Below, in pieces: positions 30,010 through 48,388 of a stretch of 64,000 nt of DNA (positions are counted from its first letter, which is position 1; each line of letters begins with the position of its first letter). The DNA is taken from NCBI GenBank assembly GCA_023259675.1, contig JALRGT010000005.1, forward strand, positions 30,363 through 94,362, written 5' to 3'. Made by a program: the position numbers and the translations under genes. Under the pieces are notes generated by a model. That model made no database searches, was not told where the DNA came from, and was given only the letters and a program-made list of their open reading frames with translations. Origin of the DNA: Flavobacterium sp. (lineage in GTDB: Bacteria > Bacteroidota > Bacteroidia > Flavobacteriales > Flavobacteriaceae).

Positions 30010-31308
30010 ATGATTGTAATTAAAAATTTTGGAAGTGAATGCTTGGTTAGAATACGAGTTTTGATAATGATTTTTGTGTTGATTGTTCCAGTTCTGGTCA
30101 TTAGTCAAAATAAAAAGAAAACAGAAAAATCGGCCCTCAAAACATCTCAATATCGCAACCTTTTTCAAGAAGTAGGATATAGTCAATCAGAAATAGACAA
30201 GAAAGTGGCAAAAGCTTATTATGATGTTTTTGAAGGACCAAATAAAGTATATTTTGAAGAAGGCGATTCATTAGGATATGTTTCTGACGTTAAAAATAAA
30301 GATGCTCGTACCGAAGGAATGTCTTATGGTATGATGATAGCGATTCAATTAGATAAAAAAGAAGTTTTTGACCGCATTTGGCGTTGGTCGGTAAAATTTA
30401 TGCAACACCAAGACGGCCCAAGAGAAGCTTATTTTGCTTGGAGTGTCAATCCTCAAACCAAAAAACAAAATTCGCCAGGTTCTGCTTCTGACGGAGAATT
30501 GTATTATGTAACCAGTTTGCTTTTTGCTTCAAACAAATGGGGAAATGATACTGGGATAAACTACTATAAGGAAGCCCGCAGAATATTGGATGCCATGTGG
30601 AAAAAAGACGGTACCAATAAAGTATATAATATTATCAATACAGAACATAAGCAAATATCTTTTGTGCCAGAAGGTGGAGGTTATTTATGGACTGATCCTT
30701 CTTACCATGTTCCTGCTTTTTATGAAGTGTGGGCACTGTATGCAAAGGATGGGCATGAGCAATTTTACAAAGAATGTGCCGATGTTTCTCGTAATTTTTT
30801 ACATAATGCCTGTCATCCCGTAACAGGTTTAAATGCTGATTATACCGAGTTTAATGGCGAACCACATTCAACTTCTTGGATGCCTGCTGCATTTCGTTAT
30901 GATTCTTGGAGAGTTCCAATGAATATTGCAATGGATTATACCTGGTATGGTAAAGACAAAGAATGGCAAGAAAATTATGCAAAAAGATTTCAAAATTTTT
31001 TAAGATCTAAAGGAATGGATACCTATGTAGATCAATATAATTTAGATGGCTCTACGCCAGAGTTTATTCTTCAGGCAGGTCCTGTGAAGAAACTTAGACA
31101 TTCAATAGGCTTAGTTAGTACTGCTGCCACTGCATCGCTAGTTAATCATGATAAAGAAAGTCTTGATTTTGTTCACGCTATTTGGAATGCCAAACTAGAG
31201 CCCTATGAAGACGGCTATTTTGATCCCTATTATGATGGCTTGATGTATTTGTTTAGTCTAATGCATCTAAGTGGGAACTACCAAATTATTACTCCACAAT
31301 CGAATTAA
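30010..31308 (+). CDS. GH8 glycoside hydrolase, Rex-like (reducing-end xylose-releasing exo-oligoxylanase)
   Basis: DARTEGMSYGMM, ASDGELYY, TDPSYHVPAFYE, FRYDSWRVPMN; start may be slightly downstream. Confidence 0.88.
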   Translation: MIVIKNFGSECLVRIRVLIMIFVLIVPVLVISQNKKKTEKSALKTSQYRNLFQEVGYSQSEIDKKVAKAYYDVFEGPNKVYFEEGDSLGYVSDVKNKDARTEGMSYGMMIAIQLDKKEVFDRIWRWSVKFMQHQDGPREAYFAWSVNPQTKKQNSPGSASDGELYYVTSLLFASNKWGNDTGINYYKEARRILDAMWKKDGTNKVYNIINTEHKQISFVPEGGGYLWTDPSYHVPAFYEVWALYAKDGHEQFYKECADVSRNFLHNACHPVTGLNADYTEFNGEPHSTSWMPAAFRYDSWRVPMNIAMDYTWYGKDKEWQENYAKRFQNFLRSKGMDTYVDQYNLDGSTPEFILQAGPVKKLRHSIGLVSTAATASLVNHDKESLDFVHAIWNAKLEPYEDGYFDPYYDGLMYLFSLMHLSGNYQIITPQSN

Positions 31309-31337
31309 TTGTTTTTTAACTATAAAATTTAGAAAAA

Positions 31338-32510
31338 ATGAAGTGTCAATCTATTATCATTATTATATCAACTATCCTAATATCCGAAGTTTGTTTGGCT
31401 CAAAATGAAACAGCTGTAGTCGATGATTTTAAAATTTCGGCAACAACTCAGGAAGAAAAGCAATTTCCACAGGTAAACTCCGAAGGGCGGATGCGTGTTC
31501 AAATAGCAGCTCCGGAAGCGCTTAAGGTTCAGCTAGATGTGGGTGCTGTAAAATATGATCTTATAAAAGATGCAAACGGTGTTTGGACAGGGGAATCAGC
31601 TCCCCAAGACGAAGGGTTTCACTATTATCAATTGAATATTGATGGGGCTTCTGTGCCTGATCCAGGAAGTATGTACTTTTATGGAGCGAGCCGTTGGGGA
31701 AGTGGAATCGAAATCCCAGCCAAAGATCAAGATTTTTATGCAGTCAAAAATGTACCACATGGAGAAGTAAGGGAGTTGATTTATTTCTCTAAAAGTAATA
31801 ATTTGATGCGCCGTTGTTTTATTTACACACCACCTGGGTACAATAAAGAGACTAAACGCTATCCTGTGCTTTATTTGCAGCATGGTAGAGGAGAAAATGA
31901 AACAGGCTGGTCTAATCAAGGACATGCTAATCTTATTATGGATAATTTAATTGCAGAAGGGAAAGCTATGCCCTTTATTATTGTGATGGATAATGGTACT
32001 TGGACGCCACCAAAGCAATCAGCTGAAGTTACTCAAGAACAGCGTGCAAAAGGAGGATGGCCTCCTAAAGGATGGGTAGATGCCTTTTCAAAAACGTTGT
32101 TAGAAGATATTATTCCAATGATTGATGCTAATTATCGTACTCTGGCAGACCAATCACATAGAGCTCTGGCAGGTTTGTCTATGGGAGGTATGCAAACTCG
32201 TGTGATTACGTTGGCCAACACGAATGTGTTTTCTTATGTTGGGATGTTTAGCGGAGGAAGTATCAGTTTAGAGGATCTTAAAAGTGCTCCTGATTTTAAA
32301 GAAAAAACAAAGCTTTTGTTTGTGAGTTATGGCAGCAGAGAACTAGAAAATCGTAGAGAAGGTTTTGGAGGTGATCCTTTAGCCAATACGGAGAGTTTAA
32401 AAAAGATTGGATTGAATACCCATTTCTACGTTTCTCCTTTAACTGCACATGAATGGCAAAGTTGGAGACGAAGCTTGTACGAGTTTGCTCCTTTATTATT
32501 CAAAAAATAA
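31338..32510 (+). CDS. CE1-type esterase with N-terminal CBM48-like domain
   Basis: [16 protein letters not shown] nucleophile elbow, AHEW. Confidence 0.9.
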   Translation: MKCQSIIIIISTILISEVCLAQNETAVVDDFKISATTQEEKQFPQVNSEGRMRVQIAAPEALKVQLDVGAVKYDLIKDANGVWTGESAPQDEGFHYYQLNIDGASVPDPGSMYFYGASRWGSGIEIPAKDQDFYAVKNVPHGEVRELIYFSKSNNLMRRCFIYTPPGYNKETKRYPVLYLQHGRGENETGWSNQGHANLIMDNLIAEGKAMPFIIVMDNGTWTPPKQSAEVTQEQRAKGGWPPKGWVDAFSKTLLEDIIPMIDANYRTLADQSHRALAGLSMGGMQTRVITLANTNVFSYVGMFSGGSISLEDLKSAPDFKEKTKLLFVSYGSRELENRREGFGGDPLANTESLKKIGLNTHFYVSPLTAHEWQSWRRSLYEFAPLLFKK

Positions 32511-33641
<1,131 letters not shown>

Positions 33642-33786
33642 TGATTTTTCATATCACTAATCCAGAATTAAACAAGTAGACTGTTATCTAATATAAGGGA
33701 TTTGTATTTGGTTGAAAAAACATTACAATCACACAAATTCATCAGCACTGTAAGTAACTTTTTGAATAAATAATTAAATCTAAATT

Positions 33787-36363
33787 ATGAGTAAAAGTAA
33801 TATCATTTTAACAGTTCTTTTCAATAGAATTTTATTGAAAAAAGGAATACTATTTTTTGGTTTGTTAAGTTTATCCAATATTTCATTTTCTCAAAATTTA
33901 GAATTAAACGAAAAGGGATATTTAGAAACTCCAGGTTTGAATGTTTTGGTTTTTAATAATGAATATAACGGGATATTTTTTGATGAAAAAACGGCCGGTA
34001 TTGAGTTTATTCATCATGGGGTAAGAACGGTAACTGGTGGGGCAATCAGGCTTCATAACACACCAGAACAATGGGATTTAATTCCTAAAATGACGAATCG
34101 AAAAGTGGATAAAGCCACTAATAGTGTTGAAGTAAGCTTGCGTTACGAAGATTTTGATTTTGATTCCAGAATCATAGTTACTCCAAAAGGAAAAGGATTT
34201 GTAATTAATGTTATTTTAGATAAACCAATCCCAAAGATTTTGGAAGGGAAAGCCGGATTTAATATGGAGTTTTTGCCAAGTGCTTATTTTGAAAGCAATT
34301 ATTTGGTTGATGGAAAAGTGGGTACGTTTCCCAGATATCCTGCAAGCAATACAGAAACTCGACCTACTTCTGAAAAAATTTCTCAATTTGCTAAACACAA
34401 CACTTTTGATGATAGAGGCAGAAATGAATACATTGTAACCTTGCCATTAGAATCAGGGAAGAATTTAATTTTTTCACCCGAAAATCCAGAGCGCACTGTA
34501 AAAATCCAGAGCGCGAATCAAGAAGTTATGCTTTTTGATGGAAGAAATCTTGGGCAGAATGGATGGTTTATCGCGCGAAGCCTTTTACCAGCTAACAAAA
34601 CAGGTAATGTACTTAGCTGGTATATAGAGCCAAATGCAATTCCCAACTGGACACGAGAGCCCGTGATTGCATTTTCTCAAGTGGGTTACATGCCAAACCA
34701 AAAGAAAGTTGCTGTTATCGAACTTGACAAAAAAGATAAAGTGTTAAGTGCCGCATCGCTTTTTAAGCTTAATGAGGATGGGAAGTTTGTAGAGAAACTA
34801 AAAGCAGATGTTAAGGTATGGGGAAATTATCTAAGATATAATTATGTCCAATTTGATTTTAGCGCCGTTAAAGAAAAAGGCCTTTATTATATTCAATATG
34901 GAGAGCAAAAAACAAATACTTTTCAAATTGAGGATGATATTTATTCAAAAACATGGCACCCAACTATGGACGTGTGGTTTCCGGTGCAAATGGATCACAT
35001 GGAGGTAAATGAGGCGTACAGAACTTGGCACGGAAAACCATTTTTAGATGATTGTCTTCAGGCACCCATAAATCACGAACATTTTGATGGCTACAAACAA
35101 GGCCCAACCACTGAAACTAAATACAAACCATTGGAACGAATTCCAAACATGTCAGTAGGAGGTTGGTTTGATGCAGGTGATTTTGATATTCAAACTTTTT
35201 CACATGTTAGCGTAATCAATAGTTTTGTAGAATCATGGGAAGCTTTTAAAGTAAACAGAGACGAAACTTATATTGATCAAAAAACACAGTTTGTTGATAT
35301 ACACCGGCCTGATGGTCAGCCTGATTTATTGCAACAAATTGAGCATGGCGTATTGAACCTTGTGGCACAAGTTGAAAATATTGGACATCCAGTAAGAGGT
35401 ATAATTGTGCCTAACTTGCACCAATACCACCATTTAGGGGATGCCTCTACAGAAACGGATAATCTTCCTTACAATCCCTCCCTTAAACCATATGAGTCAA
35501 ACGGACTTTCAAGTGGCACACTCGATGATAGATGGGCATTCACCAACCGAAGTTCCTTTCTTGATTTTAGAACTGCAGGTGCTTTAGCATCGGCAAGCAG
35601 AGCTTTAAAAGGCTATAACGATGCACTTTCCGAAAAATGTTTGGCTATTGCCAAAAAGCTATATACGGAAGCGGGTGAGGAACCAAAAATTGCCAAAAAT
35701 GAAGATAGTTCAATGGGCAGATGGGGTAAAGGCAGTAGCATGATTGCTGCTTTGCAGTTGTATTTAAGCACAAATGATAATCAATATAAAGCAGTTTTTT
35801 TAGATAAAATTTGGAAATTATTAGATGAAAATGTCGAATTAAATATAAATCAAGCTCTTTTGGCTTTGCCAGCCATGGATGCTGATTATAAAGCAAAATT
35901 ACGTGGCTATATAATAAAGCACAAAGAAAAAATGGATAAAGATACTGCGGAAAACCCTTACGACGTTCCCGTAGTAAAAAGATCTTGGGGAGGCAGTTCA
36001 CAGGTTATTAATTATGCAATTACAAACTATTACATACATAAAAGTTATCCAGATGTTATGGATAAAGAATATGTGTACAGAGGTTTGAACTATGTTTTTG
36101 GTTGCCATCCTTATTCTAATTTATCGTTTGTAAATGCTGTTGGAAATAAATCAAAAAAAGTGGCATATGGAGGCAACAGAGCCGATTTTACTACAATTGC
36201 CGGTGGTGTTGTTCCTGGACTTATTTTTCTGAAACCCGATTTTTTGGAAAACAAGGATGATTGGCCATTTTTTTGGGGAGAAAACGAATGTATTATTGAT
36301 GGAGGTGCTTGGTTTGTTTTTCTTGCCAATGCCGCAAACGAATTAGCAGAGCAAAAACAATAA
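33787..36363 (+). CDS. GH9 glycoside hydrolase with Ig-like domain and long N-terminal extension
   Basis: SQVGYMPNQKKVAV, GGWFDAGD catalytic motif, C-terminal WGENE. Confidence 0.85.
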   Translation: MSKSNIILTVLFNRILLKKGILFFGLLSLSNISFSQNLELNEKGYLETPGLNVLVFNNEYNGIFFDEKTAGIEFIHHGVRTVTGGAIRLHNTPEQWDLIPKMTNRKVDKATNSVEVSLRYEDFDFDSRIIVTPKGKGFVINVILDKPIPKILEGKAGFNMEFLPSAYFESNYLVDGKVGTFPRYPASNTETRPTSEKISQFAKHNTFDDRGRNEYIVTLPLESGKNLIFSPENPERTVKIQSANQEVMLFDGRNLGQNGWFIARSLLPANKTGNVLSWYIEPNAIPNWTREPVIAFSQVGYMPNQKKVAVIELDKKDKVLSAASLFKLNEDGKFVEKLKADVKVWGNYLRYNYVQFDFSAVKEKGLYYIQYGEQKTNTFQIEDDIYSKTWHPTMDVWFPVQMDHMEVNEAYRTWHGKPFLDDCLQAPINHEHFDGYKQGPTTETKYKPLERIPNMSVGGWFDAGDFDIQTFSHVSVINSFVESWEAFKVNRDETYIDQKTQFVDIHRPDGQPDLLQQIEHGVLNLVAQVENIGHPVRGIIVPNLHQYHHLGDASTETDNLPYNPSLKPYESNGLSSGTLDDRWAFTNRSSFLDFRTAGALASASRALKGYNDALSEKCLAIAKKLYTEAGEEPKIAKNEDSSMGRWGKGSSMIAALQLYLSTNDNQYKAVFLDKIWKLLDENVELNINQALLALPAMDADYKAKLRGYIIKHKEKMDKDTAENPYDVPVVKRSWGGSSQVINYAITNYYIHKSYPDVMDKEYVYRGLNYVFGCHPYSNLSFVNAVGNKSKKVAYGGNRADFTTIAGGVVPGLIFLKPDFLENKDDWPFFWGENECIIDGGAWFVFLANAANELAEQKQ

Positions 36364-36372
36364 ACTTTCTAA

Positions 36373-37551
<1,179 letters not shown>

Positions 37552-37572
37552 AAAAAGATCCTAAATTTATAA

Positions 37573-39501
<1,929 letters not shown>

Positions 39502-39598
39502 GAGATCTTTTATTTCAGATAATAATATGAATTCTGAAATAGTTAAATTTACTTGTTAAGTTACAATCGAAAATCAACTATTTAAATCAAATAAAATC

Positions 39599-42193
39599 AT
39601 GAAAATCAGTTGTCTATATGCCATATGTTTATTCTCTTTATGTAGTTTAAACGCTCAACAATATGCTTTTAAGGATCCGTCACTTACTTCAGCGGAACGA
39701 GCAAAAGATTTAATTTCACGATTAACTCTGGAAGAAAAAGCGGCCTTAATGTGTGACCAAAGTGATGCTATACCAAGACTTGGAATTAAAAAATTTAATT
39801 GGTGGAGTGAAGCCTTGCATGGTTATGCAAATAATGACAATGTTACTGTTTTTCCGGAACCGATAGGTATGGCAGCCTCATTTGATGACCAATTACTGTT
39901 TCGTGTGTTTGATGCCGTATCTGATGAAGCTCGGGCAAAATACAATCAATGGATTAAAGATGGAAATGAAAACAAACGTTTTTTGAGTCTTTCGGTATGG
40001 ACACCTAATGTAAATATTTTTAGAGATCCACGTTGGGGTCGTGGTCAAGAAACGTATGGAGAAGATCCCTACCTTACTTCTCGAATGGGAGTTTCAGTTG
40101 TTAGAGGTCTGCAAGGACCGGCAGATGCTAAATACCGCAAACTTTTAGCCTGTGCAAAACATTTTGCAGTTCACTCAGGACCAGAGTGGAGCAGACATGA
40201 ATTGAATTTAAATAATGTGGATCCTAGAGAATTGTATGAAACTTATTTACCGGCATTTAAATCATTGGTTCAGGATGCCGATGTGCGTCAGGTAATGTGT
40301 GCGTATCAACGCTTAGACGATGAACCTTGTTGCAGTAATACGCGACTATTACAACGTATTCTCCGTGATGAATGGGGATATAAATACCTAGTTGTTTCAG
40401 ATTGTGGTGCTGTAACTGATTTTTACACCACCCATAATGTGTCGTCAGATGCAGTACATGCAGCATCTAAAGCTGTTCTTGCAGGTACTGATGTCGAATG
40501 TGTATGGGAAAAATATCCGTTTAAGGATTTGCCTGAAGCTGTTGCAAAAGATTTAATAAAAGAAGCCGATATTGATAAAAGTCTGTTACGTGTTTTAATT
40601 GGGCGTTTTGATTTAGGGGAGATGGATGATGACGCAATTGTGCCTTGGGCTCAAATCCCAGCATCGGTGCTTAATAGTAAAGAACATCAACAATTGGCAC
40701 TTGAAATGGCTCAAAAGTCAATGACGCTTTTACAAAATAAGAATAATGTTCTTCCTTTAAATAAAGCAATAAATAAAGTCGCAATTATAGGCCCAAATGC
40801 TGACAATGAACCTATGTTATGGGGAAATTATAATGGTACACCTATAAAAACAATTACCATTAAAGACGGAATAGAATCAAAAATAGATGTAAACAAAATC
40901 TTTTATGATAAAGCTTGTGATTTAGTGGAGGATAAAGTAACTCAAACTTATTTTGACCAAATTTCATTTGAAGGAAAAAAAGGAATGAAAGTGAGTTTTT
41001 GGAATAATCCTAACAGAGATGGAAATCCTGTTATCTCTCAGCAAATTTTATTCCCTATAAAAATAACTACGGCCGGTCAACATGAGTTTGCTTCTGGAGT
41101 TAAATTAGAAGGTTTCTCAGCAAAATATGAAACAGAATTTACTGTAAAAGTCAGTGATACTCTTATTTTTAAAACTGGAGCTACTGGAGCATTTGAATTA
41201 TTAGTTAATGGAAAATCAATAGCAAAATACACCAATTGGCGTACTGTTCCAGGGAACTTTCGTTTTGCAGTAGAGGCGGGTAAGAACTATAAAATCGAAA
41301 TTCTTTTTGCTCAGTCAAACAATTGGCAAGCCAATCTTGAATTTGATTTTGGAAAAGAATACAATATCGATTTTGGCTCCTTGATTCAAAAACTAAAAGG
41401 AATCGATACAGTCGTTTTTGCCGGAGGTCTTTCCACTTTATTGGAAGGCGAAGAAATGCCTGTCTCTTATCCCGGTTTTAAAGGCGGGGATCGAACTAAC
41501 ATCGAGCTTCCTGCTGTTCAAAGAATGTGTTTAAAAGCGCTTAAAGCTGCAGGTAAAAAAGTGATTTTTATAAATTGTTCTGGCTCTGCAATTGCGTTGA
41601 CACCAGAGACGGAAAGTTGTGATGCTATTTTACAAGCATGGTATCCAGGAGAGTCTGGAGGTCAGGCTGTTGCTGATGTTCTTTTTGGGGATTATAATCC
41701 AGCAGGGAAATTGCCAATATCATTTTATAAAAACTCAGATAATTTAGGTGACTTTGAAGATTATTCGATGAAAGGGCGAACCTATAGATACACAACAGAT
41801 GTTTTATTTCCGTTTGGTTTTGGTTTGAGCTACTCTAAATTCAATATTGGTTCAGCAAACTTAAGTAAGGCAAATATAAAGTCGAATGAAAATACTCAAT
41901 TAAGCTTTCCAATTAAGAACATCAGTAAACGGGATGGAACGGAAATCGTGCAAGTATATGTTCGTAAATTAAACGATCCTGATGGACCTTTAAAAACATT
42001 AAAAGCTTTTAAACGAATTAATTTAAAAGCAGGTGAAAAGCAAAATGTGACTATCGATTTACCATCAACTTCATTTGAATTTTATGATTCTAAAATAATA
42101 GGAATGAATGTCACTTCGGGTGAATATGAGGTGTATTATGGCTCTAGTTCAGATGCCAAAGATTTAAAAATGACCAAAATCACAATTCAATAA
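39599..42193 (+). CDS. GH3 beta-xylosidase with PA14-like insert and Fn3-like tail
   Basis: WWSEALHG, RDPRWGRGQETYGEDP, KHFAVH, VSDCGA nucleophile motif. Confidence 0.93.
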   Translation: MKISCLYAICLFSLCSLNAQQYAFKDPSLTSAERAKDLISRLTLEEKAALMCDQSDAIPRLGIKKFNWWSEALHGYANNDNVTVFPEPIGMAASFDDQLLFRVFDAVSDEARAKYNQWIKDGNENKRFLSLSVWTPNVNIFRDPRWGRGQETYGEDPYLTSRMGVSVVRGLQGPADAKYRKLLACAKHFAVHSGPEWSRHELNLNNVDPRELYETYLPAFKSLVQDADVRQVMCAYQRLDDEPCCSNTRLLQRILRDEWGYKYLVVSDCGAVTDFYTTHNVSSDAVHAASKAVLAGTDVECVWEKYPFKDLPEAVAKDLIKEADIDKSLLRVLIGRFDLGEMDDDAIVPWAQIPASVLNSKEHQQLALEMAQKSMTLLQNKNNVLPLNKAINKVAIIGPNADNEPMLWGNYNGTPIKTITIKDGIESKIDVNKIFYDKACDLVEDKVTQTYFDQISFEGKKGMKVSFWNNPNRDGNPVISQQILFPIKITTAGQHEFASGVKLEGFSAKYETEFTVKVSDTLIFKTGATGAFELLVNGKSIAKYTNWRTVPGNFRFAVEAGKNYKIEILFAQSNNWQANLEFDFGKEYNIDFGSLIQKLKGIDTVVFAGGLSTLLEGEEMPVSYPGFKGGDRTNIELPAVQRMCLKALKAAGKKVIFINCSGSAIALTPETESCDAILQAWYPGESGGQAVADVLFGDYNPAGKLPISFYKNSDNLGDFEDYSMKGRTYRYTTDVLFPFGFGLSYSKFNIGSANLSKANIKSNENTQLSFPIKNISKRDGTEIVQVYVRKLNDPDGPLKTLKAFKRINLKAGEKQNVTIDLPSTSFEFYDSKIIGMNVTSGEYEVYYGSSSDAKDLKMTKITIQ

Positions 42194-42267
42194 GCATAAC
42201 ACAAGAAGCTTCGTAAAAAAAGTAAGATTTAAAATCTATCAATATAATCCACTTAATGAATTTTTAA

Positions 42268-43191
42268 ATGAAAAAAGCAAATCAATATTTTCATGATACA
42301 AATAAAACAAGGTCGCTCTTAATATGCTATTTTTTGTTTTTTTCGGTATTAATTCAGGCGCAAGAAATTATTAATTTATATCCTTCTAAAATTCCAAACT
42401 CAAAACCAACAGAGTTAAAAGAGTCGGGAACTGGAATGTATAAGGATGTAACCATTCCAACACTTGAATATTTTAAACCCAATACCGAAAAGGCAACAGG
42501 AGCAGCCGTAATTATTGTGCCAGGAGGCGGCTATTCAGTTGTGGTTTATAATGGAGAAGGAGTTGGTACAGCCAAAGCATTGGCAGAAAAAGGGATTGCA
42601 GCCTTTGTTCTTAAATATAGATTGCCAAATGACGCGATAATGGTGGACAAAAAAATAGGTCCCTTGCAAGATGCACAACAAGCTATTAAACTAGTTAGAG
42701 ATAATGCTGATAAATGGGGATTAGATGGAAATAAAATTGGTATTATGGGCTTTTCAGCAGGCGGACATTTGGCTTCTACAGCAGCAACTCATTTTGAAAA
42801 ATCTTATATTGATAATAAAGAAAACACTAGTTTGCGTCCTGATTTTCAAATTTTAGTTTATCCTGTAATAAGTATGGAGGCCGGGTCAACACACGGCGGA
42901 TCTCGAGAAAATTTATTGGGAAAAAACCCTAGCAATGAAGAAGTGGTGCTGTTTTCTAATGAAATGCAAGTAAAAGCAAATACCCCCATTGCCTATCTAA
43001 CCCATACAGCCGATGATAGCACGGTAGATGTGGACAATAGTATTCAATATTTTGAAAAACTTAGACATAATAAAGTAGATGCCGAAATGCACATTTACCC
43101 AAAAGGAGGTCACGGCTTCATCTTTAGGTTTCCTGGTTGGATAGATCCATTATTAGATTGGATGAAGAGAAACCAATTAAGTAAAGATTAA
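42268..43191 (+). CDS. Alpha/beta-hydrolase esterase (xylan/pectin acetylesterase-like)
   Basis: VPGGGY, MGFSAGGHLA, GGHGF. Confidence 0.85.
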   Translation: MKKANQYFHDTNKTRSLLICYFLFFSVLIQAQEIINLYPSKIPNSKPTELKESGTGMYKDVTIPTLEYFKPNTEKATGAAVIIVPGGGYSVVVYNGEGVGTAKALAEKGIAAFVLKYRLPNDAIMVDKKIGPLQDAQQAIKLVRDNADKWGLDGNKIGIMGFSAGGHLASTAATHFEKSYIDNKENTSLRPDFQILVYPVISMEAGSTHGGSRENLLGKNPSNEEVVLFSNEMQVKANTPIAYLTHTADDSTVDVDNSIQYFEKLRHNKVDAEMHIYPKGGHGFIFRFPGWIDPLLDWMKRNQLSKD

Positions 43192-43217
43192 TGTTTTTTA
43201 ATAAAGGGACAAAATAA

Positions 43218-44342
<1,125 letters not shown>

Positions 44343-44379
44343 AATGTAATTTTTTAATTGTTTTAAACAAACTATAAGA

Positions 44380-46616
<2,237 letters not shown>

Positions 46617-46671
46617 AAACACATTTATAAATTAATAAAAAAAAACGAAAAATAAACACACTTTAAATACA

Positions 46672-46964
46672 ATGATTCTCAGAAGAAATGCCATTTCAAC
46701 ATTCTTAATATTGGTTTTTAGTTTTAGTATAGTTCAGGCTCAAAATAAAAAGAAAGATTCTGCTAAAAAAACCTCAATATCGAAATCTTTTTAAGGAAGC
46801 AGGATGTAGCCAAAAAGAAATAGACGCAAAATTAACAAAGGCCTATTATGATGTTTTTGAAGGCCCTAAACGTGTCTATTTTCAAGAGGGAGATTCTTTA
46901 GGTTATGTTTCTGATGTAAAAAATAATGATGATTGTACTGAAGGAATGTCTTATGGTAATGATG
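46672..46964 (+). pseudogene. Frameshifted, truncated second GH8 (paralog of 30010-31308)
   Basis: ATG 46672, signal peptide, A7 run at 46765-46771 causes stop at 46792; shifted frame reads QYRNLFKEAGCSQKEIDAKLTKAYYDVFEGPKRVYFQEGDSLGYVSDVKNNDDCTEGMSYG, matching the intact GH8, then breaks off. Confidence 0.92.
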
Positions 46965-47830
46965 TTATCGGTTTTTTGGCGGTTTTTAAAAATCCATTTA
47001 TCGCCGTCAATTCCCAATGAGATATTATTTTGTGTTAATTGCTTCACGTCAATGTAAGCCAGACCGGTAAAGCAGCTAAAAACAAAGATATCGCGAACAA
47101 GTTCCAATCTGTCGGAAACAAATTCTTTATTGATCAAATCCTCGATTTCTTTTTCGGTTAGGAACTCCCGAACGACTTCTTTGACTTTGGCTTTGTAATT
47201 GACAAAAGTGTCTTTGTTGAGCCACCCATTGGCCAAACATTGGTTGATTATCTTGTGGAAGTTCTTGATGTATTTTACTGCCGTATTATTGGCGCATTTG
47301 CGTTCGCTACGCAAGTAGAATTCATATTCGGTAATAAAGGCATGGTCTATCTTTTCGATATTGATATCACTGATGTTGTATTTCCAGGAAAGAAAATTTT
47401 TGGTGTGCTTCAGTGAGGTTTCGTATCGTTCCAGTGTGCCCGGTGCATATTCCTGACCCAATAATTCTTTAATTTTGCGATTGTGTTCTTTGAAGATAGG
47501 GATGAGGAGACGCTCTACTTCTTTGAGACCGAAAAATTCATTTTTTAAATTTTCAGAAGTAATAGGCAAGTCTTTTTTGTACAGTACTTTTTCGGCATCT
47601 ACAATTTTGGATTTTATATATTCAAGATGGGTATTGATTGAACGAGCTTCATCATTAGTCCCCTTTACTTTTGAAGTTTCATTAGACCATTTATCTGGAT
47701 TAATAAATTTAGTACTACTAAATTCAAAACGAACAGATTGAATTGTGACGCGCACATAAATTGGACAGATGCCATCATCATTGACTTTTGATCTCTTTAT
47801 GTAAAAGAGTACGGATACAGTTGCATTCAT
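46965..47830 (-). pseudogene. C-terminally truncated tyrosine site-specific integrase (arm-binding + SAM-like + part of catalytic domain)
   Basis: CPIYVRVTI, RDIFVFSCFTGLAYID, WIFKNRQKTD, then runs into antisense GH8 sequence; HxxR, H/W and Tyr motifs missing. Confidence 0.9.
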
Positions 47831-48040
47831 GGTTGGTAACCTTTAGTTATTAATTAAATATAAACTTTAGTCGAATTGCAAACAAGATGTTCAAATAGTG
47901 ATAGAGTTATTGAACTACTGATTAGCTGGCCATCTTTAGAAATAGGTGTCACTTGAAAAATAAATTTTAAGTGGATCAGGAACAAAACCTGGGGAGGATT
48001 TAATAAAAATATAGATATTTGTAGAGCAAAACAATAATAA

Positions 48041-48388
48041 ATGAATTCTGTCGAGCTTTTAAAATTTATGCTTCCTGATTTTTTAATAGATAACTTTGAA
48101 ATAGTCTCTGCTACTAATTCCGAAGAAAACCTACATCTGTATTTCGAAGAAAAATCAAAACCACCGAAGGAGTTTGATTCTTTGGAATTAGTATCCAAAG
48201 GATTTTTAGATGAAATCACAATTCAAGATTTCCCCCTTAGAGGCAAGTTTGTCTATTTACACATTAAACGCCGTCGTTGGACAAATAAAACTACTGGAGT
48301 AATCATCAAAAGAGATTGGAAGTTGGTAGCTAAAGGGACACGTATGACGCAAGAGTTTGCGTCTTTTTTAAAAGAAATTAATAGATAA
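48041..48388 (+). CDS. ISAon1-type transposase N-terminal ORF
   Basis: IQDFPLRGKFVYLHIKRRRW, GTRMTQEFASFLKE. Confidence 0.88.
   Translation: MNSVELLKFMLPDFLIDNFEIVSATNSEENLHLYFEEKSKPPKEFDSLELVSKGFLDEITIQDFPLRGKFVYLHIKRRRWTNKTTGVIIKRDWKLVAKGTRMTQEFASFLKEINR

Noticed and set aside
46765-46771. A7 tract as a phase-variation switch for the second GH8
   Set aside because: The gene is truncated downstream, so restoring the frame cannot give an enzyme
46898-46964. TIRHSF at the end of the integrase ORF, resembling the catalytic RH(S/T)F box
   Set aside because: It is the antisense reading of the GH8 EGMSYG codons, lies too close to RQKTD and has no downstream Tyr motif; coincidental
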